A DNA stretch of 64,000 bases from Vicugna vicugna. Lineage: Eukaryota. Below the pieces are notes generated by a model. The model searched no databases, was not told the DNA's origin, and was given only the letters and a program-made list of their open reading frames with translations. The DNA lies in NCBI GenBank assembly GCA_013265495.1, contig MU061579.1:1021159-1085158 (forward strand), in the 5' to 3' direction. Shown here one piece after another: positions 63,960 to 64,000 of this stretch (position 1 is the stretch's first letter; every line of letters starts with the position of its first letter). The position numbers and the translations under genes are program-made.

Positions 63960-64000
63960 AGAATACTACTCAGCCATAAAAAATAATTTAAAAATGCTAT

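Larger units (their letters stand above)
62345..64000 (+). mobile_element. Lineage-specific L1 ORF2 3' portion (disrupted; runs off the window end)
   Basis: Canonical ORF2 DNA ('tggattggaagaattaatattgttaaaatgg', 'caatggaacagaatagagagcccagaaata'); ORF 63696-63986 encodes the ORF2 C-terminus; closely similar to 38133-38700. Confidence 0.95.

Noticed and set aside
1..64000. Short ORFs (60-118 aa) in the supplied track as protein-coding genes
   Set aside because: All are short and low-complexity or lie in repeats; none resembles a cellular protein I recognise, and no consistent exon chain is visible

Overview
AT-rich, non-coding mammalian genomic DNA (intergenic or a large intron), most likely from a camelid, because it carries two tRNA-Ala-derived SINEs resembling Vic-1 and cetartiodactyl-type L1 3' ends. 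I found no credible protein-coding gene or exon; the only recognisable peptides in the ORF track are L1 ORF2 C-terminal fragments. The window is a mosaic of old repeats (MIR, L2, L1M, MaLR/MLT, MER5/MER20/MER58/MER8) and younger insertions. The younger ones are three solo ERV LTRs with perfect target-site duplications (TSDs), two SINEs and two L1 copies. There is also a decayed two-LTR ERVL-like provirus at about 55.0-59.05 kb. The most notable observation is a single-unit sequence resembling the constitutive transport element (CTE, an NXF1/TAP-binding RNA export signal) inside a class II (ERVK-like, 6-bp TSD) solo LTR at 47064-47731. Repeat family names come from recalled consensus sequences, not a database search, and boundaries of old repeats are approximate.
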